Sequence record: MW822008.1
DNA length: 64,000 bases
Reading direction: 5' to 3' (one strand)
The position numbers and the translations under genes were made by a program. Under the pieces are notes generated by a model that was not told the DNA's origin, did not search any database, and saw only the letters and a list, made by a program, of their open reading frames with translations. Positions 54,353 through 64,000 of this stretch are shown here, in pieces (within the stretch, counting starts at the first letter, position 1; each line of letters opens with the position of its first letter).

Positions 54353-54741
54353 AACCATATACTTTCTACACAATTAATACTGTTGTAGATATAGGTGATG
54401 GTACAACTCCAACAATCATCGATTCTAAGTTCACAGGTGCTATGAATTTGTCGAGATTGTTGGAGGCTATTATGGTACATGATTATCCCATGATGGTAAG
54501 TGTAGTAAAAACTGAAATAGATCTATATAAAGATAACAATGCATCTTTCTATAATCTTCCAGTTTCATGGGGTAAATGTACTCTTAGTACTTTCAAATTC
54601 GCAATACCAATGGATGTTGATTTGCGTTTGAATGGAATACCATTAGTTTTACCGACAGAATTAAATGGTAAAAGAATTACAAAATTTATCACAACAGGTA
54701 ATGATACAAATATTAGCATCAGCAAACAGACCTTTTCTTAA
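54349..54741 (+). CDS. Hypothetical protein
   Basis: ATGA overlap with upstream gene. Confidence 0.65.
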   Translation: MKPYTFYTINTVVDIGDGTTPTIIDSKFTGAMNLSRLLEAIMVHDYPMMVSVVKTEIDLYKDNNASFYNLPVSWGKCTLSTFKFAIPMDVDLRLNGIPLVLPTELNGKRITKFITTGNDTNISISKQTFS

Positions 54742-54798
54742 TTGTGATAAATATCATAAAGCAAGACAGAGGTCTTTTTTATTTTATATGGAGTAATT

Positions 54799-55761
54799 AT
54801 GGATATAAACCAAACAGCAGCGGAGCTACAGAAGTTTGCTGACGCACATAATTTGAATGTTGATGTTTCTGTTGTACTGGATAATATGGATGCAGGTGAT
54901 TTCATCACTTTAAATACAGCAATGGATAATTCAGATAATCGTGAAATTTTTCAAATTCTACAAAAGTACAAAGCACAAATGAGTGAAAGTTTCTCATACT
55001 TCAGTACTGACAATGTAACTAAACATATTGTTGAAAGTTCTGATTGGCATAAGACAGTTGATTCTATGACAATGAAAGACTTAGTTGAAGCATACAAAAG
55101 TAACTTCACATACTCTGATGTTTCTAAGTTGAGTATTCAAGAATTAAAAACTATTGTGTTTGAAGATTTATCCTCTAACTTGGAAAATCCTGAAAACCAA
55201 TTGAAATCTACACAGATTGCTAAGATGAATGTGTCCCAGCAACAACAGCAAGTTAATCCACAAACCCAAGCAAAACTTAAACAAGCAGAACTACAACGTA
55301 ATGCTAATAACATTAAAGTTAGCGTCCCTGGGAATCAAAGCGGTACTGATTCAATTGAACCTGTTGTTGGTATTGATGCTGGACAAAACCCACAGCAATC
55401 TTTGGTAGTAACTAAAAGTGGCACTAAGCCAAACGAATTGAATGTTTTTCCTTTGGATGATGTAACTCCAGTTGACAATCAAAATCAAAGTACTACAATT
55501 CGTGAAGAGAAATCACCACAAGAAATTAATAGTGAAGTGATGGGTGAGCCTGGTATGGAACCAGACGGTAATCCAAATTCACCATCTCCACTAACACAAC
55601 ACGCACCAGGTATGGGTGAAATGATTCATGCAATCGCTGATATCGAAAAAGAAGATGATATCTATGGTGATGAAAGTGTAATGGCAAACTCTGCACAACA
55701 AGAGAATGATGAGATGGTAGATCAAATCATTGATTTCTGTCACCGTATGCGAGGCCGATAA
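54799..55761 (+). CDS. Acidic/Gln-rich probable internal head protein
   Basis: Late motif 54747-54753; MSES, IVES, IREE motifs. Confidence 0.55.
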   Translation: MDINQTAAELQKFADAHNLNVDVSVVLDNMDAGDFITLNTAMDNSDNREIFQILQKYKAQMSESFSYFSTDNVTKHIVESSDWHKTVDSMTMKDLVEAYKSNFTYSDVSKLSIQELKTIVFEDLSSNLENPENQLKSTQIAKMNVSQQQQQVNPQTQAKLKQAELQRNANNIKVSVPGNQSGTDSIEPVVGIDAGQNPQQSLVVTKSGTKPNELNVFPLDDVTPVDNQNQSTTIREEKSPQEINSEVMGEPGMEPDGNPNSPSPLTQHAPGMGEMIHAIADIEKEDDIYGDESVMANSAQQENDEMVDQIIDFCHRMRGR

Positions 55762-55979
55762 TGAGAACTGTACCTAATGTTCATGGTCACAACACTATGG
55801 TTTCCAACGAAGAATACAGACTATTACAGAAAATAAAGGCACGAGGTTCCGTGCCAGTTGAAAAAGTAAACGAATACTATCAGGAACTAGCGGATAAAAT
55901 GGTATCTCGTGGAGTCCTAAATATTGTTGAGAAAGATGACGGTACTGAAGAGTATTCAACTGTTAGGAGTAATAAATGA
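55761..55979 (+). CDS. Small hypothetical protein
   Basis: Coupled ORF; VSNEEYRLL...MVSRGVL. Confidence 0.65.
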   Translation: MRTVPNVHGHNTMVSNEEYRLLQKIKARGSVPVEKVNEYYQELADKMVSRGVLNIVEKDDGTEEYSTVRSNK

Positions 55980-56653
55980 ATTACGAGTACGATCAACAAT
56001 CAGTTAATCAGATGGCTGATTTGTTAAGCGGTTTGAATGACATTGAAGCTGGTGCAACCCATAATGCGTCTGGTGTTCCTTACAAGTCAGGTGGTGATAT
56101 CGGTGCAATGACCGACATTTTGACATCATTAAATGAAGCTGGTATGAATTATGGTGTTGATCCAGAACAGACACATCCACATGTTGTTCCATTCCACGCC
56201 CCATACAATGAACACATGCTTGGTCACCAACCAGCACAACCTGTTGTACAACGTGCACCTGCTAAACCTAAAACTAACTGGAGTTTAGTAGAAGAAAAAA
56301 TTCAAGGTACTAAATCAACAAAAGTATACAGTGTTAAATGTAATCATAGTTCTCAAGTTATCATGAATAATATTATGATGTATGAAGCTGCACTAACACT
56401 AGTAAACCTTCTCAACGAAGGAAGAATGTTGACAGATGCAAAAGTTCTTGGTATCATCAGTTCCGGTTTACAATACACCAATGTAATTACCGAAGCATTG
56501 AAGGCTGCACAGAAACGTCAACGTGTTCTGAATGAGTCGAAGTACGATGAAGCAAAAGATTTAGATATCATCATCGCTGAAAAGAAAGCTGAAGCATACA
56601 AACTCAAAGAGCGTGTACTGAACTTTCTAAAGAGTGAAGGTTATATAAAGTAA
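55976..56653 (+). CDS. Probable head-associated protein
   Basis: LNEA, LNEG, LNES motifs. Confidence 0.55.
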   Translation: MNYEYDQQSVNQMADLLSGLNDIEAGATHNASGVPYKSGGDIGAMTDILTSLNEAGMNYGVDPEQTHPHVVPFHAPYNEHMLGHQPAQPVVQRAPAKPKTNWSLVEEKIQGTKSTKVYSVKCNHSSQVIMNNIMMYEAALTLVNLLNEGRMLTDAKVLGIISSGLQYTNVITEALKAAQKRQRVLNESKYDEAKDLDIIIAEKKAEAYKLKERVLNFLKSEGYIK

Positions 56654-56686
56654 ATAAATTTAGTGATATTTTATAAGGAAATTCAA

Positions 56687-57319
56687 ATGTCTAACTACAA
56701 AAAACTAATGGAATCTGCTTCACGTGTTGAAGCAATGAAGTTCATCAAATTGAACGAATCTAATATTGAGAAAGCTGAAATCGTTCTCTCTGTTAAAGGT
56801 GAAATCGTTGACAAACTACAACGTCAGTCTGAAGTAATCAATAACATGGGCGTTGACGTTCTAGGTCCACTACTTGACCGTATCAAAGCGGAACAAGGTC
56901 TTGATGCTGCACAGAACTTTAGTGATAGCGTTCGCCACCTACTTCAACATGCAGTTACTACTCTAATGGATGTTAAAGACAAAATCAGTACTGAAACTTT
57001 AAAACTAACTGGTGATATCACTGATGGTCCAGCAGTTTCTGATATTGGTAGTGAAGATGTTGATATCGACATTGCTGCTGACACCCCAACGTTCGACATG
57101 GGTGCTGATGCTGATTTCGAAGAAGATATTATTTCTGAGCCAGTACCAACTGAGCGTGAAATGAAAGAATCTGTAAAACCAACTCAAATTGGTATTAAGA
57201 TGGAAAGTGTTCGCGGTACTGTAGGTACTAAATTCTTCAAAAACAAAGAAGAAATGAAAACTTGGCTATCTGAGAACGAGAAGAAAGTTAAACGTGTACT
57301 AGGATACGTTAAAAAATAA
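56687..57319 (+). CDS. Probable internal head/core protein
   Basis: LMESA, LNESNIEKAEIVL, MKES, KMES; AAGGA RBS. Confidence 0.55.
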   Translation: MSNYKKLMESASRVEAMKFIKLNESNIEKAEIVLSVKGEIVDKLQRQSEVINNMGVDVLGPLLDRIKAEQGLDAAQNFSDSVRHLLQHAVTTLMDVKDKISTETLKLTGDITDGPAVSDIGSEDVDIDIAADTPTFDMGADADFEEDIISEPVPTEREMKESVKPTQIGIKMESVRGTVGTKFFKNKEEMKTWLSENEKKVKRVLGYVKK

Positions 57320-57335
57320 TTAAGGATGAATCTAA

Positions 57336-57665
57336 ATGAGATTTCAAGATCTTACAGAAGAGGCTCCTGGTAAAGACATACGCAATATGATTACTACTAT
57401 TGCGTTGTCTTTAGTATCATCGGGTCGCGAAGAAGTGAACCTACAATCTTTAATCGCTGAAATCAAAAAGCGAACCAACATTGATGTTCCTTATAATGTT
57501 ATGATGGATATTCTAAACTCTTTGCCATTTGTGCAAGATGCGAATTCGGATGTTGTAACATTTACTGGTAATGATTCAGAAAGTACTGGTGAAGTTGAAC
57601 AGAACTCTGAAGACCAAGTTGAAGATTGGGCAACAAAAGCTGCTGTTGCAGCAAATAAGCAATAA
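57336..57665 (+). CDS. Probable head-associated protein
   Basis: MRFQDLTEE N-terminus; AAGGA RBS. Confidence 0.55.
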   Translation: MRFQDLTEEAPGKDIRNMITTIALSLVSSGREEVNLQSLIAEIKKRTNIDVPYNVMMDILNSLPFVQDANSDVVTFTGNDSESTGEVEQNSEDQVEDWATKAAVAANKQ

Positions 57666-57669
57666 AAAC

Positions 57670-57698
57670 TGAGACAAACAAAAATACGATGCTATAAT
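57670..57698 (+). promoter_or_regulatory. Phage-specific promoter TGAGACA-N16-TATAAT
   Basis: Copy upstream of exonuclease. Confidence 0.8.
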
Positions 57699-57711
57699 TA
57701 GGAGTACACGG

Positions 57712-58431
57712 ATGTACACACCACCAATTGTTAGCAGATATACATACGTTGATTACAAAAGAATTGAAGGCGGCCCCGAAGGTCGCCTTTATTCAACTCC
57801 AACAGGGAATCTGCCGTCAGTAACAACAATTCTTAGTGCCACCTCTGACAATGAGGGGTTGAAAAAATGGAGAGAATTTGTTGGTGAAGAGAAAGCTAAT
57901 GAGATTACATTAGAAGCATGTACTGTTGGTACTTTTATGCACGAGAACTTAGAATATCGTCTGGATGGAAAGCCAGACCACCAAGGTGGTATGCCGATAC
58001 GAGTTCTGGCCCGTAGAATGGCTGACAAAATTCAAGAAGAAGCATGGCCTAGAATCAATGAAGTGTGGGGTCAGGAAGTTCCATTATTCTATGAAGGATT
58101 ATGGGCTGGAACAACTGACTTAGTTGGAGTTCATGATGGTATTCCTTCTATCATGGACTATAAGAATTCCCGTAAATTAAAGACATGGGAACATATCGAA
58201 AATTACCGTATGCAAATCGCTGCATATGCACTATCGCATAATCAAATGTTTGGAACAAATATTGAGCGTGGTGTAATTTTCATCTGTGTAAGAAAAGATC
58301 CTAACAATTTACAATATCAAGAATTCGTTATTGAAGGAAAAGACTTCAAAGATGCGGTTGATATGTGGATTGGTAGAGTTGAACAATACTATATTTTACG
58401 TGGAGAAATTGAATCAAATGGAACAGCATAA
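57712..58431 (+). CDS. PD-(D/E)XK exonuclease
   Basis: LPSVTTIL, GTFMH, EVPL, AGTTDLV, IMDYKN, QIAAYA. Confidence 0.88.
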   Translation: MYTPPIVSRYTYVDYKRIEGGPEGRLYSTPTGNLPSVTTILSATSDNEGLKKWREFVGEEKANEITLEACTVGTFMHENLEYRLDGKPDHQGGMPIRVLARRMADKIQEEAWPRINEVWGQEVPLFYEGLWAGTTDLVGVHDGIPSIMDYKNSRKLKTWEHIENYRMQIAAYALSHNQMFGTNIERGVIFICVRKDPNNLQYQEFVIEGKDFKDAVDMWIGRVEQYYILRGEIESNGTA

Positions 58432-58975
58432 ACAAATGAAACAAGACCTATATACAATTCGTGCACTAGAAAGTAAAGGTTACGCCTTAGATGAAGTAAT
58501 CAAACTAAGTGATGAAGAAATTGACAAACTACAACTTTCAAATAAACTTTTAGTTAATATTAAAGATTATAAATCTCGCGGTGCAAAACCAGTAGAAGTA
58601 ATCAAAGAGAAAATTGCTGAAGATATTAGTGTTGACGAAGTATCTCGTAATGTTGCACCAGAAGTAATCGAATCATATGTAGTAGATACTGAAGAACAAA
58701 TTAAAGTATCTGAAGAAGTACAAGTAATCGCTGAAGAACTAGCACCTGTTGTTGAAGAAGAAGACGTTGTTGTTATTGAACGTGTTGAAGCTTCAAAAGA
58801 AGATTTGGATATTATCAAAGAAGCACTAAAAACCAAAGAACTAAAAAGTGTTGCAAACTATGTAAAACACTTGAAATCCCTAGTTCCTGAATCAATTCTT
58901 TCTTCCGTTGATAGCTCTGTTGTATCTCAACTAATCAATGAGCGTATTGCTGAAGTTAAAGAAAACGCTAAATAA
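58418..58975 (+). CDS. Glu/Val-rich hypothetical protein
   Basis: Start moved to 58418, overlapping exonuclease stop. Confidence 0.6.
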   Translation: MEQHKQMKQDLYTIRALESKGYALDEVIKLSDEEIDKLQLSNKLLVNIKDYKSRGAKPVEVIKEKIAEDISVDEVSRNVAPEVIESYVVDTEEQIKVSEEVQVIAEELAPVVEEEDVVVIERVEASKEDLDIIKEALKTKELKSVANYVKHLKSLVPESILSSVDSSVVSQLINERIAEVKENAK

Positions 58976-59003
58976 TCCTATAATACTATAGGAGATAGTT
59001 TTT

Positions 59004-59585
59004 ATGGCACAACAACAAATTGCGTTACAGCAAGTAAGAACTGGTAAGCAACGTGACTTACCAGACGCGTTGGAAAAAGGCCAGATAGGATTCAGTACTG
59101 ATGTGGGTCGTGTATTCATCGGCCTACCTTCCTCATCAGACCCAGCAAGCTTAGTTGCTGGGCGTACATGGGAAACTGATCCAAACTCTGGTAAAGAGAA
59201 CGTGGAAATAATTACCGAATTCTCACCGTGGAGAACGGTATCCAAAATCATCAACCGTCCATTTGAAGTAGACATTCCACAAAACCAAGAGAGTGTTGAA
59301 GTTATTATTGAAAGTGAAAGTCGTGTATTCATCGACTACATCGCGTATAATAGCAATGAGACTATTTTAGAATCAGGCACAGTGCAAATTGTTGCTGCTG
59401 GTTCTTCAACTATGATTGCACAGTCAAATAACACAAGCCGTACTGATGCAATTTTATCTATTCTGTTTAGTAATCCAGTTTATGATTCAAGTACTGGAAA
59501 TATGCAATTTGACATAGTTAATGCGGATTATTTAAATTCAGGATACCACATAGAATTTGTATATCGTGGGTGGGACAAACCTTAA
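59004..59585 (+). CDS. Probable structural protein with Mtd N-terminal-like domain
   Basis: QVRTG...LP..LEKGQIGFSTDVGRVFIG pattern of fibre N-terminal adaptors. Confidence 0.55.
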   Translation: MAQQQIALQQVRTGKQRDLPDALEKGQIGFSTDVGRVFIGLPSSSDPASLVAGRTWETDPNSGKENVEIITEFSPWRTVSKIINRPFEVDIPQNQESVEVIIESESRVFIDYIAYNSNETILESGTVQIVAAGSSTMIAQSNNTSRTDAILSILFSNPVYDSSTGNMQFDIVNADYLNSGYHIEFVYRGWDKP

Positions 59586-59604
59586 AAGGCGTCCCGCCTT
59601 TTTC
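59584..59604. terminator. Short terminator
   Basis: AAAAGGCG-TCC-CGCCTTTT. Confidence 0.6.
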
Positions 59605-59651
59605 TTCCACAAAATTTAAGAACTGTATAAACAATATAACAAGGATGACAC

Positions 59652-61970
59652 ATGATTAACGTAACCAAGCGTAATGGAAAAAAAGAACCGTTATCTTTGG
59701 ATAAGATCCATCAAATTTTATTTTTTGCTGCCGAAGGGCTGAGTGGTGTATCTGTTTCCGAAATTGAAATTCGTGCACAACTTCAATTCTTTGAAGGTAT
59801 TGAAACAAATACTATTCATGATATTCTGATTAAATCAGCAGCAGAACTTATTTCTGAAGATACACCAAACTACCAATACGTTGCTGGTCGCTTACTAAAT
59901 TATAGTATCCGTAAGCAAGTGTATGGTGACTATGACCCTATCAAGTACACTGCACATCTACAAGAAATGGTAGATACAAAAATCTATGATCCAGAAATTC
60001 TTGAGAAATACACACTTCAAGAAATTGAAGAGCTTGGACGTTACATCAAACATAAACGTGATGATAAATTCACTTATGTTGCTATGCGTCAGTGGGAAGG
60101 AAAGTATCTATATAAGAATCGCGTAACTAAGAAAATCTACGAAACTCCACAAATGGCATATATGACCATTGCAGCAATCATCTTTATGGAGTATGATCGC
60201 TCTGTACGTATGTCTTATGTTAAGAAGTTTTATGATGCTGTTAGTAACTTTGATATCAGTCTCCCGACTCCTATCATGGCTGGTCTACGTACCAATACAC
60301 GTCAGTTTAGTTCTTGTGTAGTACTAAACGTTGGGGATAGTCTAGATAGTATTGGTTCTTCTAACCACGCTATCCTACGTTATATTTCCCGTAAAGCTGG
60401 ACTTGGTATCAATATGGGCCGCATTCGTGCTCTGGACTCCGAGATTCGTTCAGGTGATGCAGTACACACTGGTTTGATTCCTTTCATTGCATCAACTGCT
60501 AAGACCGTTAAAAGTTGCTCTCAAGGTGGTGTGCGTGGTGGTGCAGCAACAGTCCACTTCCCATTGTGGCATTTGGAATTTGACAATCTTGTAGTACTGA
60601 AAAATAACAAAGGTACTGAGTTCAACCGTGTTCGACAACTTGACTATTGTTTCCAAGTGAACAAAACACTATATCAACGTTTAGTGGATGGCAAGAATAT
60701 TACATTCTTTAGTCCTAATGAAGTTCCTGGGCTATATGAAGCATTCTGTTCTAACCAAAAAGAATTTGAAAAGCTGTACAAGAAGTATGAAGCTGATCCA
60801 AGCATTCGTAAAAAATCTGTATCTGCTGTTGAAGTATTCAGTACTCTAATGACTGAGCGTGCAGAAACTGGTCGTATCTATATTCAAAACATTGACCATG
60901 CAAACACACACTCAACCTTTATTGAATCAATTGCACCAATTGAACAATCCAACTTGTGTCAAGAAATCGCACTACCATCTGTGCCATTTGATGATATTAA
61001 TACTGGCGAAGGTTTGATTAGTCTATGTACTTTGAGTGCAATCAACTGGGGTAACTTTGACCGCCCAGAAGATATGGAAACTGCTTGTGATCTTTCTGTA
61101 CGTGCTCTTGATTCTCTATTGGATTATCAAGACTACCCAGTAGTTCATGCTGACCGTGCAACTAAAATGTATCGCCCATTAGGTGTTGGTATCATTAACT
61201 TTGCATACTTCCTTGCTAAACGTGGTTTACGTTATAATGAAGCAGCATTAGAAACAGTTAACGAGTGGGCTGAAGCATGGTCTTACTATCTAATTAAATC
61301 TTCTGTACAGCTTGCTAAAGAGAAAGGTAAGTGTGAAGGTTTTGACACACTAAAATATGCTAAAGGTATTCTACCAATTGATACCTATAAAGAAGATATT
61401 GATGCGTTGGTATCTCCTGAACTAAAACAAGATTGGGAAACATTGCGTCAGGATATCAAACAATATGGTATTCGTAACGCAACAACTATGGCACTGATGC
61501 CAGCAGAAACTAGTGCACAAATCAGTAACAGTACTAATGGTATTGAGAAACCTCGTTCACTTGTAACCAAGAAACTATCTAAAGATGGTATTCTTAAACA
61601 AGTCGTTCCTGAAATCAATAAGTTGAAAAACAAATATGATTTACTATGGGATCAGAAAGATAACATCGGTTATCTACAAATCTGTGGTGTTCTTCAGAAA
61701 TACATTGACCAAAGTATCAGTGTGAATACCAGTTACAATCCAGCACACTTCCCTGATGGTAAGTTGCCAATGTCAACACTACTAACTGAATTAATGTATG
61801 CATACAAAGTTGGTTTGAAAAATCTGTACTATCATAATACTAATGATGGTTCTGATGAAGTTGATGTTGAGAAAGTACTAAAAGAAGCTGCAAAACCAGA
61901 ATCAGGACAGTTTGTGTTACCTACACTACCTGACTTAGATGAAGGTGATTGTGATAGTTGTAAGATCTAA
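59652..61970 (+). CDS. nrdA: Ribonucleotide reductase class Ia alpha subunit with ATP-cone
   Basis: VTKRNG, PTPIMAG, QFSSCV, QGGVRGGA, SNLCQEI, MPAETSAQISNSTNGIE, C-terminal CDSCKI. Confidence 0.98.
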   Translation: MINVTKRNGKKEPLSLDKIHQILFFAAEGLSGVSVSEIEIRAQLQFFEGIETNTIHDILIKSAAELISEDTPNYQYVAGRLLNYSIRKQVYGDYDPIKYTAHLQEMVDTKIYDPEILEKYTLQEIEELGRYIKHKRDDKFTYVAMRQWEGKYLYKNRVTKKIYETPQMAYMTIAAIIFMEYDRSVRMSYVKKFYDAVSNFDISLPTPIMAGLRTNTRQFSSCVVLNVGDSLDSIGSSNHAILRYISRKAGLGINMGRIRALDSEIRSGDAVHTGLIPFIASTAKTVKSCSQGGVRGGAATVHFPLWHLEFDNLVVLKNNKGTEFNRVRQLDYCFQVNKTLYQRLVDGKNITFFSPNEVPGLYEAFCSNQKEFEKLYKKYEADPSIRKKSVSAVEVFSTLMTERAETGRIYIQNIDHANTHSTFIESIAPIEQSNLCQEIALPSVPFDDINTGEGLISLCTLSAINWGNFDRPEDMETACDLSVRALDSLLDYQDYPVVHADRATKMYRPLGVGIINFAYFLAKRGLRYNEAALETVNEWAEAWSYYLIKSSVQLAKEKGKCEGFDTLKYAKGILPIDTYKEDIDALVSPELKQDWETLRQDIKQYGIRNATTMALMPAETSAQISNSTNGIEKPRSLVTKKLSKDGILKQVVPEINKLKNKYDLLWDQKDNIGYLQICGVLQKYIDQSISVNTSYNPAHFPDGKLPMSTLLTELMYAYKVGLKNLYYHNTNDGSDEVDVEKVLKEAAKPESGQFVLPTLPDLDEGDCDSCKI

Positions 61971-61975
61971 TTAAA

Positions 61976-62000
61976 GATCCCGCTTCGGCGGGATTTATTT
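61976..62000 (+). terminator. Terminator
   Basis: ATCCCGC-TTCG-GCGGGAT-TTATTT. Confidence 0.85.
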
Positions 62001-62015
62001 CATAGGAGTGATATA

Positions 62016-62789
62016 ATGAAAGTTGACTATCGTAGTCCAATAGATATTGGATTCATAGAAGAATTTTGGGATGATCTTGATATGGATATGATTGTTCGCT
62101 ATCAAAAACTCCCACAAGACTTTATAAAAAAACATTTTGATAAAATGAACCCTAATATGTTAGCTCGATATCAAACAATGACAACTGATTTTCTTAAAGA
62201 AAAGTGGGAGTGGTTTGATAAAAATGTTATTGCACAATATGTAGTCATGCCAATGGAATTGATTATGGAAAAATGGAATGACTTCAAAGATAACTTTCTG
62301 GATACTGTTGCTAAGTATCAAAAACTAACACAAGATTTTATTCAAGACAAATGGAATGACCTTGTTGAATTTAGAGATGGTGTAATGTCGGAAATTTCCA
62401 GATACCAAAAACTAACACTTGATTTCATTAAAGATAAATGGGATTATATTGATAAGAACTATATTTCATATTATCAAACTTTAACGGTTGATTTTATCAA
62501 AGATAATATTACTGCATTAAATGTTGCAGCAGTATCCGCATTTCAAATACTATCGGATGATATACGCTCATTGATGGGGTTAGAAGCACCAGCAAAAACT
62601 ATTACGGGTAATCAAATACTCGCGTTGGACCCATGTGCCGATGGTATGGCTCGATACAATGCTCATACACCTGACAATAATACAGTTTTGACATGGAATG
62701 AACTACTTACACTACACTTGGGTTCACAAGAAGGAATTAGTGATATCCATTGGCTATCATATAAATTGGGTCATAAAATTAATACATAA
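62016..62789 (+). CDS. Tandem ~23-aa YQxL-x-DFI-x-W repeat protein
   Basis: About 7 visible repeats; AGGAG RBS. Confidence 0.75.
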   Translation: MKVDYRSPIDIGFIEEFWDDLDMDMIVRYQKLPQDFIKKHFDKMNPNMLARYQTMTTDFLKEKWEWFDKNVIAQYVVMPMELIMEKWNDFKDNFLDTVAKYQKLTQDFIQDKWNDLVEFRDGVMSEISRYQKLTLDFIKDKWDYIDKNYISYYQTLTVDFIKDNITALNVAAVSAFQILSDDIRSLMGLEAPAKTITGNQILALDPCADGMARYNAHTPDNNTVLTWNELLTLHLGSQEGISDIHWLSYKLGHKINT

Positions 62790-62801
62790 AGGAATATATA
62801 T

Positions 62802-63926
62802 ATGTCAGTTTTCAAAATTAATGAGAAGTCTCACCTAGAAAAGAATATGTTTTTTGATGAAAGTGTTGATATTCAACGATTTGAAAGTAACAAATACTCT
62901 ACACTTGAAAAACTAACTGAACAACAGAAAAGTTTCTTCTGGACACCAGGTGAAGTTGACGTATCTAAAGATAAAATTGATTTTGCTAACCTCAATGATT
63001 CTGAGAAGCATATCTTTACATCAAACTTAAAACGTCAAATCCTTCTTGATTCAGTTCAAGGTCGTGGTCCTAATCTAATGCTACTGCCATATGCATCTCT
63101 ACCTGAACTTGAAAACTTTATTGAAACATGGGCGTTCTTTGAAGGTGCTATTCATAGTAAATCATATACACATATTATTCGTAACATTTATCCTAATCCA
63201 TCTGAAGTTTTTGATACTATGTTGGACATTCCAGAAATCACTGATTGTGCTGCTGATGTTTCAAAATACTATGATGACCTTGATGAACTAGGAACATTGT
63301 ATCGTGCATTAGGTGAAGGTACTCATACTGTTAATGGTAAAACTATTGAAATTAATATGTATGATCTAAAGAAAAAACTATGGTTATGTTTGAATAGTAT
63401 TAACATTCTTGAAGGTGTTCGTTTCTATGCTAGTTTTGCTTGTTCATGGGCATTTGCAGAGAACAACCTCATGGAAGGTAATGCAAAGATTATTCGTCTA
63501 ATTTGTCGTGATGAAAACCTTCATCTCGCAGCAACACAAATGATTTTACGTCTTCTAAAGAAAGAAGATCCAGATATGGTAAAAATTGCCGAAGAGTGCT
63601 ATGATGAAGTGCTGGAAATGTTTATGTCTGCTATTCGCCAAGAAGAAGCATGGGCAGATTTCCTCTTTAAAGATGGTTCTATTATTGGATTGAACTCTGA
63701 AATTCTTAAACAGTATGTTCGCTGGATTGGTTCTAAGCGTATGACTGCACTTGGTATCAAATGTCCATATACTGTATCCAAGAGTAACCCACTACCGTGG
63801 ACTGAACACTGGGTAAGTGGTAGTTCTGTACAGGTAGCACCACAAGAAACTGAAATCAGTTCTTATATCATTGGTGGTATTGTGAATGATATCCAAGGAG
63901 ATACATTCTCGCCATTTAAACTATAA
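62802..63926 (+). CDS. nrdB: Ribonucleotide reductase class Ia beta subunit
   Basis: FFWTPGEV, QILLDSVQGRGP, EGAIHSKSY, LEGVRFY, RDENLH, APQETEISSY. Confidence 0.98.
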   Translation: MSVFKINEKSHLEKNMFFDESVDIQRFESNKYSTLEKLTEQQKSFFWTPGEVDVSKDKIDFANLNDSEKHIFTSNLKRQILLDSVQGRGPNLMLLPYASLPELENFIETWAFFEGAIHSKSYTHIIRNIYPNPSEVFDTMLDIPEITDCAADVSKYYDDLDELGTLYRALGEGTHTVNGKTIEINMYDLKKKLWLCLNSINILEGVRFYASFACSWAFAENNLMEGNAKIIRLICRDENLHLAATQMILRLLKKEDPDMVKIAEECYDEVLEMFMSAIRQEEAWADFLFKDGSIIGLNSEILKQYVRWIGSKRMTALGIKCPYTVSKSNPLPWTEHWVSGSSVQVAPQETEISSYIIGGIVNDIQGDTFSPFKL

Positions 63927-63940
63927 AATAAAACTAACAG

Positions 63941-63964
63941 GGATTCTATGAATCCCTTTTCTTA
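63941..63964 (+). terminator. Terminator
   Basis: GGGATTC-TAT-GAATCCC-TTTTCTT. Confidence 0.85.
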
Positions 63965-64000
63965 TGGAATTTATATGAGTGATATTTTTACAATTGAGCG

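Noticed and set aside
57712-58431. Cas4/CRISPR association of the PD-(D/E)XK nuclease
   Set aside because: No Fe-S cysteine cluster and no repeat-spacer array anywhere in the window; ordinary phage exonuclease.

Overview
64 kb of an AT-rich, T4-related jumbo myophage genome. Resemblance to the RaK2/121Q/GAP32 type of enterobacterial jumbo phages is my inference from gene content; I could not run a search. Left to right it holds: a minus-strand baseplate/tail-spike operon (gp6-, gp25-, gp5-, gp53-, gp48/54-like genes plus a free lysozyme); late sigma factor gp55 with gp47/gp46; an EndoVII-like gene; a ~800 bp non-coding island; a head operon (tape measure-like, portal, protease, scaffold, major capsid); a homing-endonuclease-like gene; a tail fibre and chaperone; a replication block (DsbA-like, PolB, clamp, RNase H, SSB, UvsX/Y/W, primase, helicase); terminase; probable internal head proteins; and nrdA/nrdB. 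No tRNA, rRNA or CRISPR array was found. Most unusual observations: (1) a promoter- and terminator-bounded ~450-nt ORF-less, pseudoknotted RNA candidate at 14.04-14.50 kb next to a palindrome-rich untranscribed island; (2) one extra base inside the Walker A codons of the large terminase, with a degenerate terminase-ATPase paralogue just upstream; (3) a 212-aa mini DnaE retaining its catalytic aspartates; (4) ten copies of a phage-specific promoter YGRRAMR-N16-TAYAAT (one copy has GGGATA); (5) strong over-representation of the palindrome AGTACT.
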